DNA of 64,000 nt, from contig MU054187.1 in assembly GCA_013239625.1 (NCBI GenBank), positions 23,312,795 to 23,376,794 on the forward strand, read 5' to 3'. The DNA is from Lama guanicoe. Its lineage: Eukaryota. Under the pieces are notes generated by a model that was given only the letters and a program-made list of their open reading frames with translations, made no database searches and was not told the origin of the DNA. The position numbers and the translations under genes are program-made. How positions within the stretch are numbered: the first letter of the stretch is position 1; each line of letters starts with the position of its first letter. Below, piece after piece: positions 27,375 to 40,380 of this stretch.

Positions 27375-27743
27375 CTAAGATGGAGCCAAGAGGCCACTGG
27401 GGAAGCGGGACCTATGCACTCGTCCACCTGGATGGAACATGCACTTTGAACTGGGCCACAACATCCTGTGAAACTTACACAGTGAGCTCTTGCATAGCAA
27501 CGGCCTTAGCAACCAATCACATATAGACAAGAATGGTCCTAGTCTGCCAGCACCAATCATAATTCTTGCAAAACAACTTATGTAAGCTTCCTCCTTTTTC
27601 CTTTAAAAATCCTTTGGTTTTCAGCCCTTCTCAGAGCACATATGGGTCTCTATCCAGATCTCTGTCTCCCAAGTCACGATTCTTCAGACCCCAAATAAAT
27701 GTTTTTGTTGCCTTACAGCACTGGTCTTAATTCTTGGTCAATA
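27375..27743 (+). mobile_element. ERV-type solo LTR
   Basis: CCAAT box (aaccaatca), TATA-like ctttaaaaa and AATAAA near 27694 in LTR order; family not named. Confidence 0.6.
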
Positions 27744-29099
27744 TTGGCCACTTTCAAAGATTGTGAATAGTTTTAAATAATATAACTTATATAACTATTC
27801 AGGCTTTTTAGTGAATACTCACTTTACACTTGTCAACTCTGTTAACTTTGGGTGGAAATGGATGTTTCTGTGCAAGAATAACACTAACCAAAACTCTAGT
27901 GATCTTCTGTTCATTGGAGGAAAGAAAATTGAAGAAGTTAGCCCACTAATAGCAAACACCACCTGGCATATAATTATCACCTCTCTTCCCTGGCTTGGCA
28001 GTTTCCCCATCTCAACACTGCCTAGCGCTACAAATTCCTGGAATTGATTCAGTGCACAGGTCCTTGTTTCCAAGACCCTAAGTAAGTTGCTAGGGTACCA
28101 CTGGGACCTTTTAACACTTTATTTTCCTTTTATCAGTACATTAATCAAAAGATGGGCCCTTGTATAAATTGGAACATAAGATCTTTCTTAACTTGACATG
28201 TAGCAATCTACAAGACTGAGTTGCATGCAACCAGCCATGCTAAATTCAATAACATTAAGCCTGTTAGATGATCGTTGTTGGACATTTTAGACCTGTATTC
28301 TTTAATAGTTTAACCTCTAGCATATGCTTCAAACATTTGAATCTTTGCTGTAAGCATTTCCTCAAACACTGTCAATTGGTGGAAGAAAAATATGGTACAG
28401 GAAGAAAACTTCCATGTAAAATTAGCATCATTTTCACGTACGTGTGTTCCAAATATTTTAATTATGCTTCAAAAAAATACAATCCAGGTAGATTTACAGT
28501 AAAGAAATTTCCTAATTTTCTCTTAAACTAAATGAATAATTACCTATGGAATATACAATTTCCACTGTCCTCCACTTTCTCTGAAGGACAGAAAGGGAGT
28601 AAACATTTTACTTGGCTGTTGAACTAGTAAGCTGTTTAGCAACAAGAACCAAGGTTCAAAAGATTAGGTCAATAGTGTCCAACTGAATCAGTTAACATTC
28701 AAAGAGCGTGCCCTTGGTTGTTAGACCCCAACCTGCTTCTGAGGGAAAACCTGGCTTCTAGAATTCAAATATGTGATCTTTACTGTGTACTTTCAATAAT
28801 ATAAATTTACTTAAAATGGATTCTAAAACACAAAGTCATGTCAAAATTATAAAACCGGAATAACCCATGGTAAACTCGTTTCCACAGAACCTCGATGTTG
28901 TGGATTTTCCTCAATGTTCAGGGTCAAATTGGCCTAGGTCTGTTCCAGTCTACTTACTATCATGCGAAAATAATCTGTAGTAGGTGAACTGGAGAAGTTT
29001 GTTGATTTTAGGTAAAGTGAGCTGTCTCCTCATCTTGGCAGGACGAATCTTGCTCAGATGGGATCAGCTGGTATGTGTGTGAAGACCACTTGTTAAAGT

Positions 29100-29610
29100 T
29101 TACTGTTGTAACCATTTTTAAAGGTGTAATTCAGTAGCATTAAGTGCATTTACACCATTGTGCAGCCATCACCACCATCCAGTCCCAGAACTTTTTAATC
29201 TTCCCAAACTGAAATTCTGTATCCATTAAGTAATAACGCTTCATTTTCTTCTTCCCCAGGCCCTGGAAATTATCATTTTGCTTTCTGTTTCTACCACCTT
29301 TGATTACTTTCGATGTCTAATATAATCATGCAGTTTTTATCCTTTTTGTGACTAGTTATTTCACTTAGCATATTAAACAAAATTATTTTAATTTATTATT
29401 TTTTATGAAGCACATTCACTTAGCATATTGTCCTCAAGTTTCACCCACATTGTAGTACATGGCAGGATTTCCTTACTTTTTAAGGCTGAATATTACTGCC
29501 CTGTGTGTTTATACCACCTTGTGTTTATCCAGTCATTGGTCAATGAGCGCTTGGGTTATTCCCACTTTTTGGCTATTGTGAATAATGCTGCAGTGAGTAT
29601 GAGTGTACAA
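29100..29610 (-). mobile_element. L1MA/MB-type 3' end
   Basis: aattcagtagcattaagtgcatttacaccattgtgcagccatcaccaccatcc…ttttggctattgtgaataatgctgc. Confidence 0.88.
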
Positions 29611-32600
29611 GGAAAGAAAAATAAATGAAGTCCAGGAAGTCCAATGTCCTAAGCAGCTCCTGGATTTTTCAATTCACAGATTTTATGGACAAGATGGAGG
29701 AGATGGTTCCAATCCCACATCCCACAGTGACAGCACTAATTAATCTTGTTTGTTTTTAGTTTTGCGTGCTATCCTGATGTTGCCACTAGTGGTCCCCTGG
29801 TGCCTTTCTCTGACAGCCCCTCAGCCTCTGATTAGCTATGTGCCACATGTTTCAGTTTTAGCCCAATTCCTCCAATCCCTCTGCCCTGCTCATCTAGGAA
29901 CTTAGCAACACCAAAGGCAATACAGCCCTGTGTTGTGACTCTATATGATCTTGGGGAGGGGGGTGGGTATCGCACTCATCACTCCAAGAGGAGTTTCAGT
30001 ACCATTTCTCCAAGACAACTCTCAAGTCCTATCTAATGTGTCAACTGAACTGCTTACTGAAAATAAATAAATAAATAAAAAGATCTGAGGTTTAAAGAAC
30101 AGCTGTTTGCTGAACATCAAAGCTGAACATGAATGCTTCCTCGAAAAGCTGAGCCTCTGTCTGGAATAGCCTCTTCCGGGATTAACTCACAATGACATTT
30201 GAATACAGATTCAAAAAGAGGGAAACTTTTAAATTAGTTCACAAATGACGATTCTAGGAACAACAGTGGAACTTGTGTGCATTGTGTGAGGAAACCATTC
30301 AGCTACCTTTAAATTGTGCCGTTCCCTTTAACTCCATACCCTCCTCAAACATAGCAAAAAAAAAGAAATAGTCAACAAAGTAAAGAAGAACCAGCCTATC
30401 TCAATAGTTGATTAACTATCATTAAGCTCATGAAATTTTCTTACTTTAGTAGGTGTTCAGGAATAAGGGGCAGCTGGGAGAAATAGGTGAATCCTCTGAT
30501 TTAGTGTATGAATGCTCCTTTCAAATGTGGAAGACTGAATCAGTTTTAATAACGAGTGGACTGTGAGATGTAAGATTGATATTTTGATGCTTTTTTCCCT
30601 ACTCCCCAGTACTTTCATATTGAGTCCTGGGTGAAAATTCAGCCATTCTTCTCTATTTTTTCTCCCTTTCTCAGATTTAAAGAAATTAAAAAAAAAAAAG
30701 ACCATTTGAAATGAACTTGACAGATAAACCAGAATCACAAGTTGCAAGAGCCTTAAATGCTCACGTCTACATTAGCTACTGTGCTGGGCACACTTCCCTA
30801 GTAGCCTGTCCCTGAGAACACCAACCAGTGCTCTATGCCTTTTCTTATTTCTCAGCAGTACTTCTGCCCACAATATGTCACTTTTCTCCTACCCTAAAAA
30901 GCTGTGCAAGACTGCACAGGTCCCTGGAGGACCCACATTTTAATCTGATGTCATAAACCTAGGCTTGAGTCAGACTTGAACAACCAGGACCTCTTGGCTT
31001 CCTCCCTCATTATTTTGCTCTCTCAGCAGCAAACTTATTTCACTGTCTCTCTCATTTACAGCAGATTTGTATCACAAGTGGCCTGAACTGTAATTATCAG
31101 GCCACATTCCCCAAAACACTTCAATGAAAGCAGCTTCCAGAAAAACACATCATCTTCAGTTTTTGGTAACTCCCTAACAATTGATAGAGCTGAGGAAACT
31201 AAAACGATGTGACTGACTTTGTATTGTTCTGCGGGGGTTTTGTTTGTTTTGTTTGTTTGCAACAAGGATACGTCAGAACTTCTATAACAAAATAAGCGTT
31301 GCCCTTCAAGACAGTTGTATCCAGATGTTGAGCACTTTTCCAACAAAGCTCCCATTATTCAAAATGTTCTTTGGAACTTCTGTTTTAGAGTTACTTTCAC
31401 TGCCAATTTGCAAGAAGTATAAGGACGATCCCATCACTTTGTGACAGTTCCTCATAAAGGTCATAATTTTCTTTAAGAAAATAAAATGTTGTGCTTTAGA
31501 CATGGTCAAGTTTGCAAGCCTCTGTGAGAAATGATCCAGTATAACTATTCAAGACAAAGGCTATGGAAACCTTAGACCAGAACTTCGAGTCAAAACAAAA
31601 ATAAAGCAAGTTGTGCCTTGTATATAGACCTGAGGCTATGTCTACAAAAAATTTTTCCACTTAGAGTAAGATGTTCAGCCAATCAGTTTGCTATACACTG
31701 CCAAAACTCTGATTGGATCTGGTTATTTATTTATTTTTATCTTTTATGACCAGTTGTTTAAAAGAATTGACCAAGTCAACTAGTTATAATTTCATCTAAG
31801 TGGACTCATTTTCAGAAAGATTTCCTGCTTCAGATTCAAACTATAATTATTAAGCTATTAACATAATCAAAAACCCTTTCAAACATCTTTATGACTTAAA
31901 TAAGGTAATTATTCTAAAATAAATCCTTTATAATCATGATAGTCTATATCATGTCTCTACAAATCCTACACTAAGTCATATGACTTTAAACTTCAAAAGC
32001 TTTAGCACCTAGCATAAGTAAAATTTCTTGCCATGTAGTGTTCTATGAAAAATCGGTTCTCTTTTTCAAATGTATAAATGTTCAACTGTTGGGTGTAACA
32101 GTATAAATAATCATGTTCATTAAGGGGAGTTAAGATAAAATACCCTTCGCAGAAAAGCCGGAAGGATATAGAATTGAATGTCAAGGTCTAAGTTTTATGT
32201 GAATGAAACAGAGTGCTGTGTATTGGAATGCCTTGAGGAACACAGGGCAGTAGTAAAAAAGTCTCGGTAGAAAAAATGGCCCATTTGTTATCTGAATTTC
32301 AAGGTCATTGTGCTGTTCTATATGGCAAGTGTGAAATTAATTACCTTCTACTTCAGGTTTAACAATAAGAAGACAATAAAGCAGAGTGGAGATAAAGATA
32401 CATAGTTCAGTAAGCGAGGCTAATAAATTGTAACATGAGCTTGGTTGACTGTAATATTAACAATACAACCATATAAGTCCACACATACAGAAAGTGCACA
32501 TGCGCTGTGTAACTTAGAACCTGTGAAGTATGTTTATATGTCATATTTCTTTAAGAAATATTAACCAAAATCCCCTTTCAAAGGTAAAATGATCCTTTAC

Positions 32601-33329
32601 ATATCAAAAAACATTCTTACAAAATGGAAAGATAGGATTCAGACATTTAAATAAAAAATAAACATTGAAATTTTAGTTAGGTCATACCAAAGGATCTTCA
32701 TGGTGATAATGTGCAGACGGCTTATGGTGAGCACTATAGATTTTCCTGGCTTGAGTAATGCATTGTATTATATCATTATTAACATCACTGTTTTATCATA
32801 ATTTATATGTAACCTGATAGCAGATATGCTATTAAAATTAATTGCATTTTAAGTATCTACAAAGTATTTGAAAAACAGATTCTTCTAAAAATGATGATAA
32901 TGAAGGTCTGTTTTATTTTTAATATCTCAGTTTATTACAGAATGTGTAAAACATCCTTTACACACTGAAATGCAAATTATCCCTAAAATCATATTAATTT
33001 AAGGTCTGCGATACTCTTGCTTAGCTTTCTGGGAAAAAGCTGAGTGAGCGGTCTTTCTGTAAATGACTTTTATGGATAAGGCCCATCTGAAGGAGTCTGT
33101 GGTTAGTTGGCAGCTCACTTATAAAGTGCGTGCTGTGTATGAAGACCCAGCCAACTGCGTCCAGTTTAACTGATGGAAACCTGGCTGCTGAAATCTGCTC
33201 CGTTTTTTCATATCTTGGACTTTCACTTTCTAAGTGGACGTGAACCTCAAGTAAAGTCGGGTCTGTTCTGCAAATATGAAAACTGCCATTTTTTCTATCT
33301 TCCATCATCTGTTCACCATCTAGGGATCA

Positions 33330-33470
33330 TCCAGTGTGGTAGGGTAGAATAAACGTTACCTATGGAGACAGGACACCAGTTAAAATCCCGCAAGTGAGAT
33401 CTAGCCGTGTGACTTGGGGCAACTCCAACTGATTTCTCTATTTATTTATTTCCCAATTTCAAAAAAATTG
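33330..33470 (+). mobile_element. MIR fragment
   Basis: ctagccgtgtgacttggggcaa core motif. Confidence 0.5.
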
Positions 33471-33699
33471 AGGTTTTATCATGTCTGCATAAATCTAGAA
33501 CAATGAATGGCACAAAGAAGAGATTTGAAGTGATGGTTCCACTTGGTAAAACTATTTTTTAATAGTAATTCAATTTTTATGTTTTTGAACTTATTCATTC
33601 TGCTTATCAAAGTAATACCTACAAATGCCACTCCAGAAACCCTAACTCTACTTCTCTTCTTGTGTCTTTTCATATGTATATTTATATATATATATATAT

Positions 33700-34022
33700 T
33701 TATGTCCCACCAAAATTCACATCCTAAAGCCCTTACCCTCAATGCGATGGTATTTAGAGGTGGGACCTTTAGGAGGTAATTAGATTTGGATGAGGCCATG
33801 AGAATGGAGTCCTTATGATGAGATTAATGCTTTTATAAGAAAAAAAAAAAGACAATGAGAAGGTCGTCAACCACAAGCCAGGAACAAGCCCTCATCTGGG
33901 TACCAAATTAGTTGCCATATTGTCCTTGGACCTCCCAGCATCCAGAACTATGAGAAATAAATTCTTGTTGTTTCTGACACCCAGTCTATGGCATTTTGTG
34001 ATGGCAGCCTGAGCTGACTGAG
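33700..34022 (+). mobile_element. MLT1A-like LTR
   Basis: tgtcccaccaaaattcacat…ggtgggacctttaggaggtaattag…ggcattttgtgatggcagcctgagctgact. Confidence 0.85.
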
Positions 34023-34031
34023 GAGGTATAT

Positions 34032-34064
34032 TATCTATCTATCTATCTATCTATCTACCTATCT
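34032..34064. repeat. (TATC)n tetranucleotide repeat
   Basis: Read directly. Confidence 0.93.
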
Positions 34065-34984
34065 AATAATCTATCCTCAGCTTTCAAAAGGACACATATA
34101 ATCCAAATGCCCAGTACAAATTTAGATTTCTCAGTTTGTCTTTTTCTACATCTCTTCTCTTGTTCTATAAGGCTTATGATAATTTGTGGCTTTTTGTCAC
34201 TGGTTTTATCTCAAGTTACCCCACAAAAGAGAGAAAGAATTTGGATTTTATTCCATAAGTAATAAGAAATCACTTTATATTCTGGTACAGAGATTTAATA
34301 AAAAAAAAAAAGTTGGTGTGGGTATTCCGTGTAGATTATCCAAGACAGACCAGAAGTTAGAAACCCAGAGGCTTATTCTAGTTAAAAATGATAAAAGCTA
34401 AAATAGGGTTGTGCTTATGGGAATACAAATGATTGTGTTGATGCTTTGGAATTGAATATGCCTGAATTTAGTTCTCACTTCCCATTATCTCTAACAGTGT
34501 GACATTCAGTAGCAGGTCTCTTAACTTGCCTAAGTCTCAGGACCTTCTTCTTAAGGTGGGATTAATAAAGACAACCTACCTCGTGGATGGTATGGGGATT
34601 TAAAGAGCCAGGACTGATAGTGACTGGAGTTGATATTTGGCCACCAATTCCCTATGATTCAACTGGATCTGGATCCAAGCAGGCATGGAGATTGAATGAG
34701 ATGGGTAAAACTGAACGCTGAGCAAAGTGCATAACAGACAGTTCACACTGTAGGTAGCACTTATTACTGTCCTGCATAGAAAAATTGTGGGAAGTTGAAA
34801 TTGGTTGGATATAAAGGATATATGAGAAAGGAAGTTTGGAAGAATATACATTTAAGATTTGGATCCTAAATTTAATTAAAATGTACAGGTACTATTGAGC
34901 TTTTAGAATGTGCCAGCAGAGCTGTAGAAAGAAGGGTAAAAACACATGCAGAAGGGTAAAAGCTTCTTTAAGGAAAGGCTCTTT

Positions 34985-36478
34985 AAAAAAAAAATAGTGT
35001 AGTTGATTTACAATGTTACTTTCAGGTGTACGGCAAAGTGATTTAGTTATATATATACATACATATATTTTTTCAGATTATTTTGCATTATGTGTTATTA
35101 CAAGAAATTGAATATAGTTCCCTATGCTATACAGTAGGTCCTTGTTGCTTATTTATTTTATATATAGTAATGTGTGCCTGTTAATCCCTAACTCCTAATT
35201 TATCCCTCCTTGCCCTTTCTCCTTTGGTAACCATAGTTGGTTTTCTGTGTCTGAGTCTGTTTTTAGTTTGTAAATAGAATTTATATATATATATTTTAGA
35301 TTCTAAATTTAAGTGATACTATATGATATTTGTCTTTCTCTAGCTGATCTTTACTTCACTAAATATGATAATCTCTAGATCCATTCACGTTACAGCAAAT
35401 GGCATTATTTCGTTCTTTTTTATGGCTGAGTAATATTGCATTGTATATATACCTCATCTTCTTTATCCAGTCATTTGTTGATGGACATTTAGGTTGTTTC
35501 CATGTCTTGACTATTGCAAATAGTGCTGCTACGAGCATTGGGGTGCATGTGTCTTTTTGAATTAGAGTTTTCCTTGGATATATGCTCAGAAGTGGAATTG
35601 CTGGATCATATGACAAGATTATTTTTAGTTTTTTACAGAATCTCCATAACTGTCCTCCAAAGTGGCTGCACTGACTTTAGACTACACTTCAAAAATGCAG
35701 TAATCAAAACAGTATGGTACTGGCATAAAAACAAACACATTGATCAATGGAATAGGCTACAAAGTCCAGAAATAAACCCATGCACTTACAGCCAATTAAT
35801 CTACAACAAAGGAGGAAAGAATATACAATGGAAAAAAGACAGTCTCTTCAATATGTGGTGCTGGGAAAACTGGACAGCTACATGTAAAAGAATGAAATTA
35901 GAACATTCTCTAACACCATACACCAAATAAACTCAAAATGATTAAAGACCTAAATGTAAGATCAGATACTCTAAAATTTCTAGAGGAAAACATAGGCAGA
36001 ACTCTGACATAAATTTCAGCAATTTTTTGGAAACAGCTCCTAGAGTAATGAAAATAAAAACAAAAATAAACAAATGGAATCTAATTAAAATGATAGGCTT
36101 TTGCACAGCAAAGGATACCAAAAACAAAAAGAAAAGACAACCTTCAGAATGGGAGGAAATATTTACAAATGACATAACCCACAAGGGACTAATTTCCAAA
36201 ATATACAAACAGCTCACACAACTTACTATCAAAAAAATAAATAAATAAATAAATGAGCAGAAGACCTAAATAGACATTTCTTCAAAAAAGACATACAGAT
36301 GGCCAACAGCCACATAAAAAGATGCTCAATATTGCTAATTATTAGAGAAATGCAAATTAAAACTATGATGAGATGTCACCTCATACCAGTCAGAATGGCC
36401 ATCATTAAAAAGTCTACAAATAATAAACACTGGAGAGGGTATGGAGAAAAAAGAACCCCCTACACTGTCAGTGGGAAT
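34985..36478 (-). mobile_element. L1 with 5' inversion (minus-strand 3' part ~34985-35671, inverted ORF2 part ~35672-36478)
   Basis: Minus [16 protein letters not shown]…KQPKCPS and plus ORFs [19 protein letters not shown]…WCWENW…KWNLIK are all L1 ORF2; degenerate TSD ggaaaggctcttt / ggaaagacttta. Confidence 0.93.
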
Positions 36479-36954
36479 GGAAAGACTTTATGATCTTGCT
36501 GAGAATGTTAACATAACAGGTACAATTTAGGAATTTGGAGAAATTATAATATTATGCCTTCCTGAGATAGAAAATAATAAAATTGGATTTGATACATTGT
36601 ATTTCAAATGATCAAGAATGTCAAGTAATAGCAGGACATGCATTGAAATATATAGCAGAAATTTAAAATATAAGAATATACAAAAAGACAAATTATTAGA
36701 GTCTATTGGTAAGGATTTTCTTTTTCTATAAGGCTTGGCCAAGAATACTTGAAATTGGAACAAAAAAGCTTACAAAAATTTGTGTTCTGTGTGAGTAGTT
36801 TTCTATTTCTTCTTGGATTAAATACTAGACAACTGTAATCACACATTAACTGATGCATCAATAAAAAATATTTTCTCACACATTGCTTCTTAAGTTTCAC
36901 ATTAATTAAATAAAATAATCATAAAAATATTTGTTTAAAAATCATAATAGTATT

Positions 36955-36991
36955 GCTGTACACCAGAAATTGACACAACATTATAAACTGG
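36955..36991 (+). mobile_element. 37-bp tailless L1 3'UTR fragment with 9-bp TSD
   Basis: gctgtacaccagaaattgacacaacattataaactg flanked by aatagtatt at 36946-36954 and 36992-37000. Confidence 0.8.
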
Positions 36992-38384
36992 AATAGTATT
37001 AACACATTATCACAGAAAAATCTATTCTAAGACAGTAAATGCTTGATACAGGTTTCAAGCAACATTCATTCATCCATGTACTTTTTCTATTGTATTTAAG
37101 ACATTTTGTTAGGCTTTTTTTTTGTGATACTAGACTTAATAAAACATAAATTCTCCTTACAAGGATTATCAATCAATTAGCACAAAACTGAATCAGGAAA
37201 GGGAAATAAAACAAGAGGAGACAATAAAAAAAAATCTAAAGATGAAATTCACTTTTAGGATTGAAAAAAATTAATATTAAGTTAAAATATCTGAAAGTAT
37301 CTAAGTTTAAATTAATGAAAGTGAAATGTCATTATCTCATGAAAGAGTTGTCTTTTCTACACATGAAATAAGTTAGCAAACAAAATTAAATTAGTTGGTA
37401 AACTTATGAATATCTTTTCAGTTATGTGTTGTAAAACAGGGGTTTTGGACTTTTTTTATGACATAAACCCATATTTTCCTTTGGAGGATATAAATTTAGG
37501 ACATTTAATTTAACATTTTCAATGTTTATAATAGAAACATGTATTTTTCTTTAGTCTGCCCACCTTACTAATTAGATAGTTACTAAATAGATACTAATTA
37601 GATACTTGTGTGCTGCTAATATCTGTATTGGGTGCAATAAAGTTGTACTTTAACAATGATGTGAACTATTGTAGACTGCAACCTCAGTACTCCGAGCAGA
37701 AGCAGTCTGTCTGAGGAACCATGCTTTCATCAACCCAAGATAAGAACCGATGCTTAGGAAACTAAAAAAGTTTTCAAAAATTATTAATCAGTAACCTCAC
37801 CGATTCATCTACCTGATGACCCATGAGAAACAGACACACAAAATACATAATTTGGTTCACTGAAAAGTGCCTTAACTAAAATTTGCCAGATGTTAGCAAT
37901 CACTCATTCCCAGCCCACAACTTCTGTCACTGATGAAAGGAGAGAATCCCACAGCCCCTCAACTATTCATTAACTAGTCAAACAGCTCTCCGTAGACACA
38001 AGCCCTTCCTGCTCTCCATTGCTCTTGCATCTTTTGTAACATTTGTGCATTTTTTCCCAGTGGTTATGAGGATAAAAATTGGTCACAACCCTTCTTAACA
38101 TTTCAGGTATTATAACTTATCCAATGGGAACACATGGCTTTTATTTCTATGTCCTCTTTCCTTATTTCCAATGAGATGTTCACAACCCCTTTGCTACCCA
38201 GTGACAACGTCACAGTTACATTTGATAAATTTCACTCCTTAGATCCCTCCCTCCACCCACCCTACACAGATGCTCAGAGATTCTCCCTCTTTGCAATTCC
38301 TTACTACCTTTTACCTCAGCTACTGAGAGAACAATCCATAAATGTTCTACATAGAATAATCTCTTCTGCTGTCCTTTGATTTTC

Positions 38385-38790
38385 ATTATTTCATAGCATT
38401 TTATGATCCATCTGGAATTAATTTTTAAGTAAAAGGTAAACTAGAAGTTGAAGTTTACTATTTTCTGGGGGCCTATCAGTTGGTCAGCACACATTTTTGA
38501 AAAGATTTTCCTTTCCCAGTTGGATTGCTGTGTTATCATTGTGATGAAATGGAATATATATATATATGCATGAATCTATTTCCAGGCACACTCTTTCCTA
38601 TCCCATCAAATTATTTAATCTTTAATCTTAATTTTAATACCACAATATGTTGACAACTGAATTTTAAGTACTAAACCTTTATAGTCATTCTTGAAGATAG
38701 AAATTCCACCAACTGTTATTTTTCAAAATTGTTTTAGCTATTTTAGGTCCTTTCCATGTCCATATAAAAATCAGGATCAACTTGTCAATG
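38385..38790 (-). mobile_element. Old L1 ORF2 fragment
   Basis: Minus ORF contains IDKLILIFIWTWKGPKIAKTILK, an L1 ORF2 motif. Confidence 0.82.
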
Positions 38791-38899
38791 TAACAGGTGT
38801 ATATGTCAGTAAAAACGTAGTAAGCTATGTGCTTTAAATATGTACAGCTAGTTGTACACAATGATGCGTTGAAAATATGACAGGCTTTGACTTCCAGGA

Positions 38900-39810
38900 A
38901 GAGGGAACAGACATACTTTCCAAATTCAGCAGTAAAAGATAAAAAATCCAATTAGAAAGCCTGTAAAAGATATTTCACCATAGAAAGGGATATGCAGATG
39001 GAAAATCTGCATATGAAAAATGTGCAGCATCGCTAGCTACTAGGGAAATACACAAAAACCCCACCATGAGCTGTGCACACCCATCAGATTGGCTGGAATC
39101 AAGATGAGTGACAAGCCCAAATGCTGGCAAGGATGTGGGGAAATGGATCACTCATGCGTCGCTGGTGGGAAGGTTAAACTGCACATCCGGCCTGGAAATC
39201 AGTTTGGCAGTTCCTTTAAAAGCCGAACCTGTACATAGTATATAACTTCGAAACTGTACTCCTGGGTATTTTTCTCTGAGAAGTGGAGATTTATGATCAC
39301 TCCAAACCAGTACCTGAGTGATCAGTCTAGCTTTATTTGCGATAGCCAACAACTGGAAACAAGCCAGATGTCCTGCAGCAAGTGAATAATTAAATAAAAC
39401 ATGGTACATCCAGATCATTGAATATTGTTCACCAATAAAAATGATCAAACTGGAGATGCACAAACACTTTGGATGAAACGCCGAAGAATACCGAGTGAAA
39501 AAAGCCCGGCCCAAAAGATTACACACCAAGTGATTTCATTTGTAACCATTCTTGACATGACACAATTCTAGAAATGGATAACAGATTAATGGTTGTCAGG
39601 AGTTAAAGTGGGGACAGAAGTGGGGAAATCAGTGTGGCTATAAAAGGACAACTAAGGAATCATCCTGCTCATGATAATCCATTTCATTTCTGTTCTGTGT
39701 GTCACCTTTGGGAGAAGTCAATAAAGTGTGCGCCAGATCTCTCTGAATGATTTCTTACAACTGCCTATGAATCTACAAGTATCTCAAAATAAAAAGTTTA
39801 GTTATGAAAA
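38900..39810 (+). mobile_element. L1MC-type 3' end
   Basis: ORF2-end motifs (aaatgctggcaaggatgtgg, gatagccaacaactggaaacaa) and terminus tttcttacaactgcctatgaatctacaagtatctcaaaataaaaagtt. Confidence 0.85.
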
Positions 39811-40259
39811 GTTAGGAACATCACACACAAAATATTGTCTTTATACATATGATATTTAGAAACCCTGCTGCCATTTAAATCCTTTACTCTCTGTACTTGT
39901 CATACAAATCAGATCTATAGAGTTTACAAGCCACCCAATACGATATTACAGTTTTTGCTTTAAATCATCATGTGTATTTTTAAAGAACTTAATAGGAAAA
40001 CATTGACTTCCATATTTCCCCGTATAGTCACCTTTCCCTACGCTCTTCCCTTATTTCCTGAAGCTCTGAACCTAACAGCAGAGAGTTACCCAATCTCTTA
40101 CCCTTTTCTAAGTGTCAACAACTGTCCTTGCTTTGATTAATGCTGTATATTTGTTAGTTTGCTTTTCACAGGTTATCCTGGATTCATAATTGTTATCTGT
40201 GGAGCACTTGGTCTGATAGAAGGTCACCTGACCATTACCAGAAATAGAACCTAGCACTT

Positions 40260-40380
40260 ATCATGTTTTCACCTACAGTAACTTAACCCTCAGTTTCCTC
40301 ACCTGCAAAATGAAGAGCTGAGATAATATACAAAACCTGGAAAATCAGGTGCTCGATAAATATTAGTTTTCCTTTTTATT
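40260..40380 (+). mobile_element. MIR fragment
   Basis: acttaaccctcagtttcctcacctgcaaaatga. Confidence 0.65.

Noticed and set aside
35359..36493. Several ORFs with protein-like sequence
   Set aside because: They are broken L1 ORF2 fragments, not host genes
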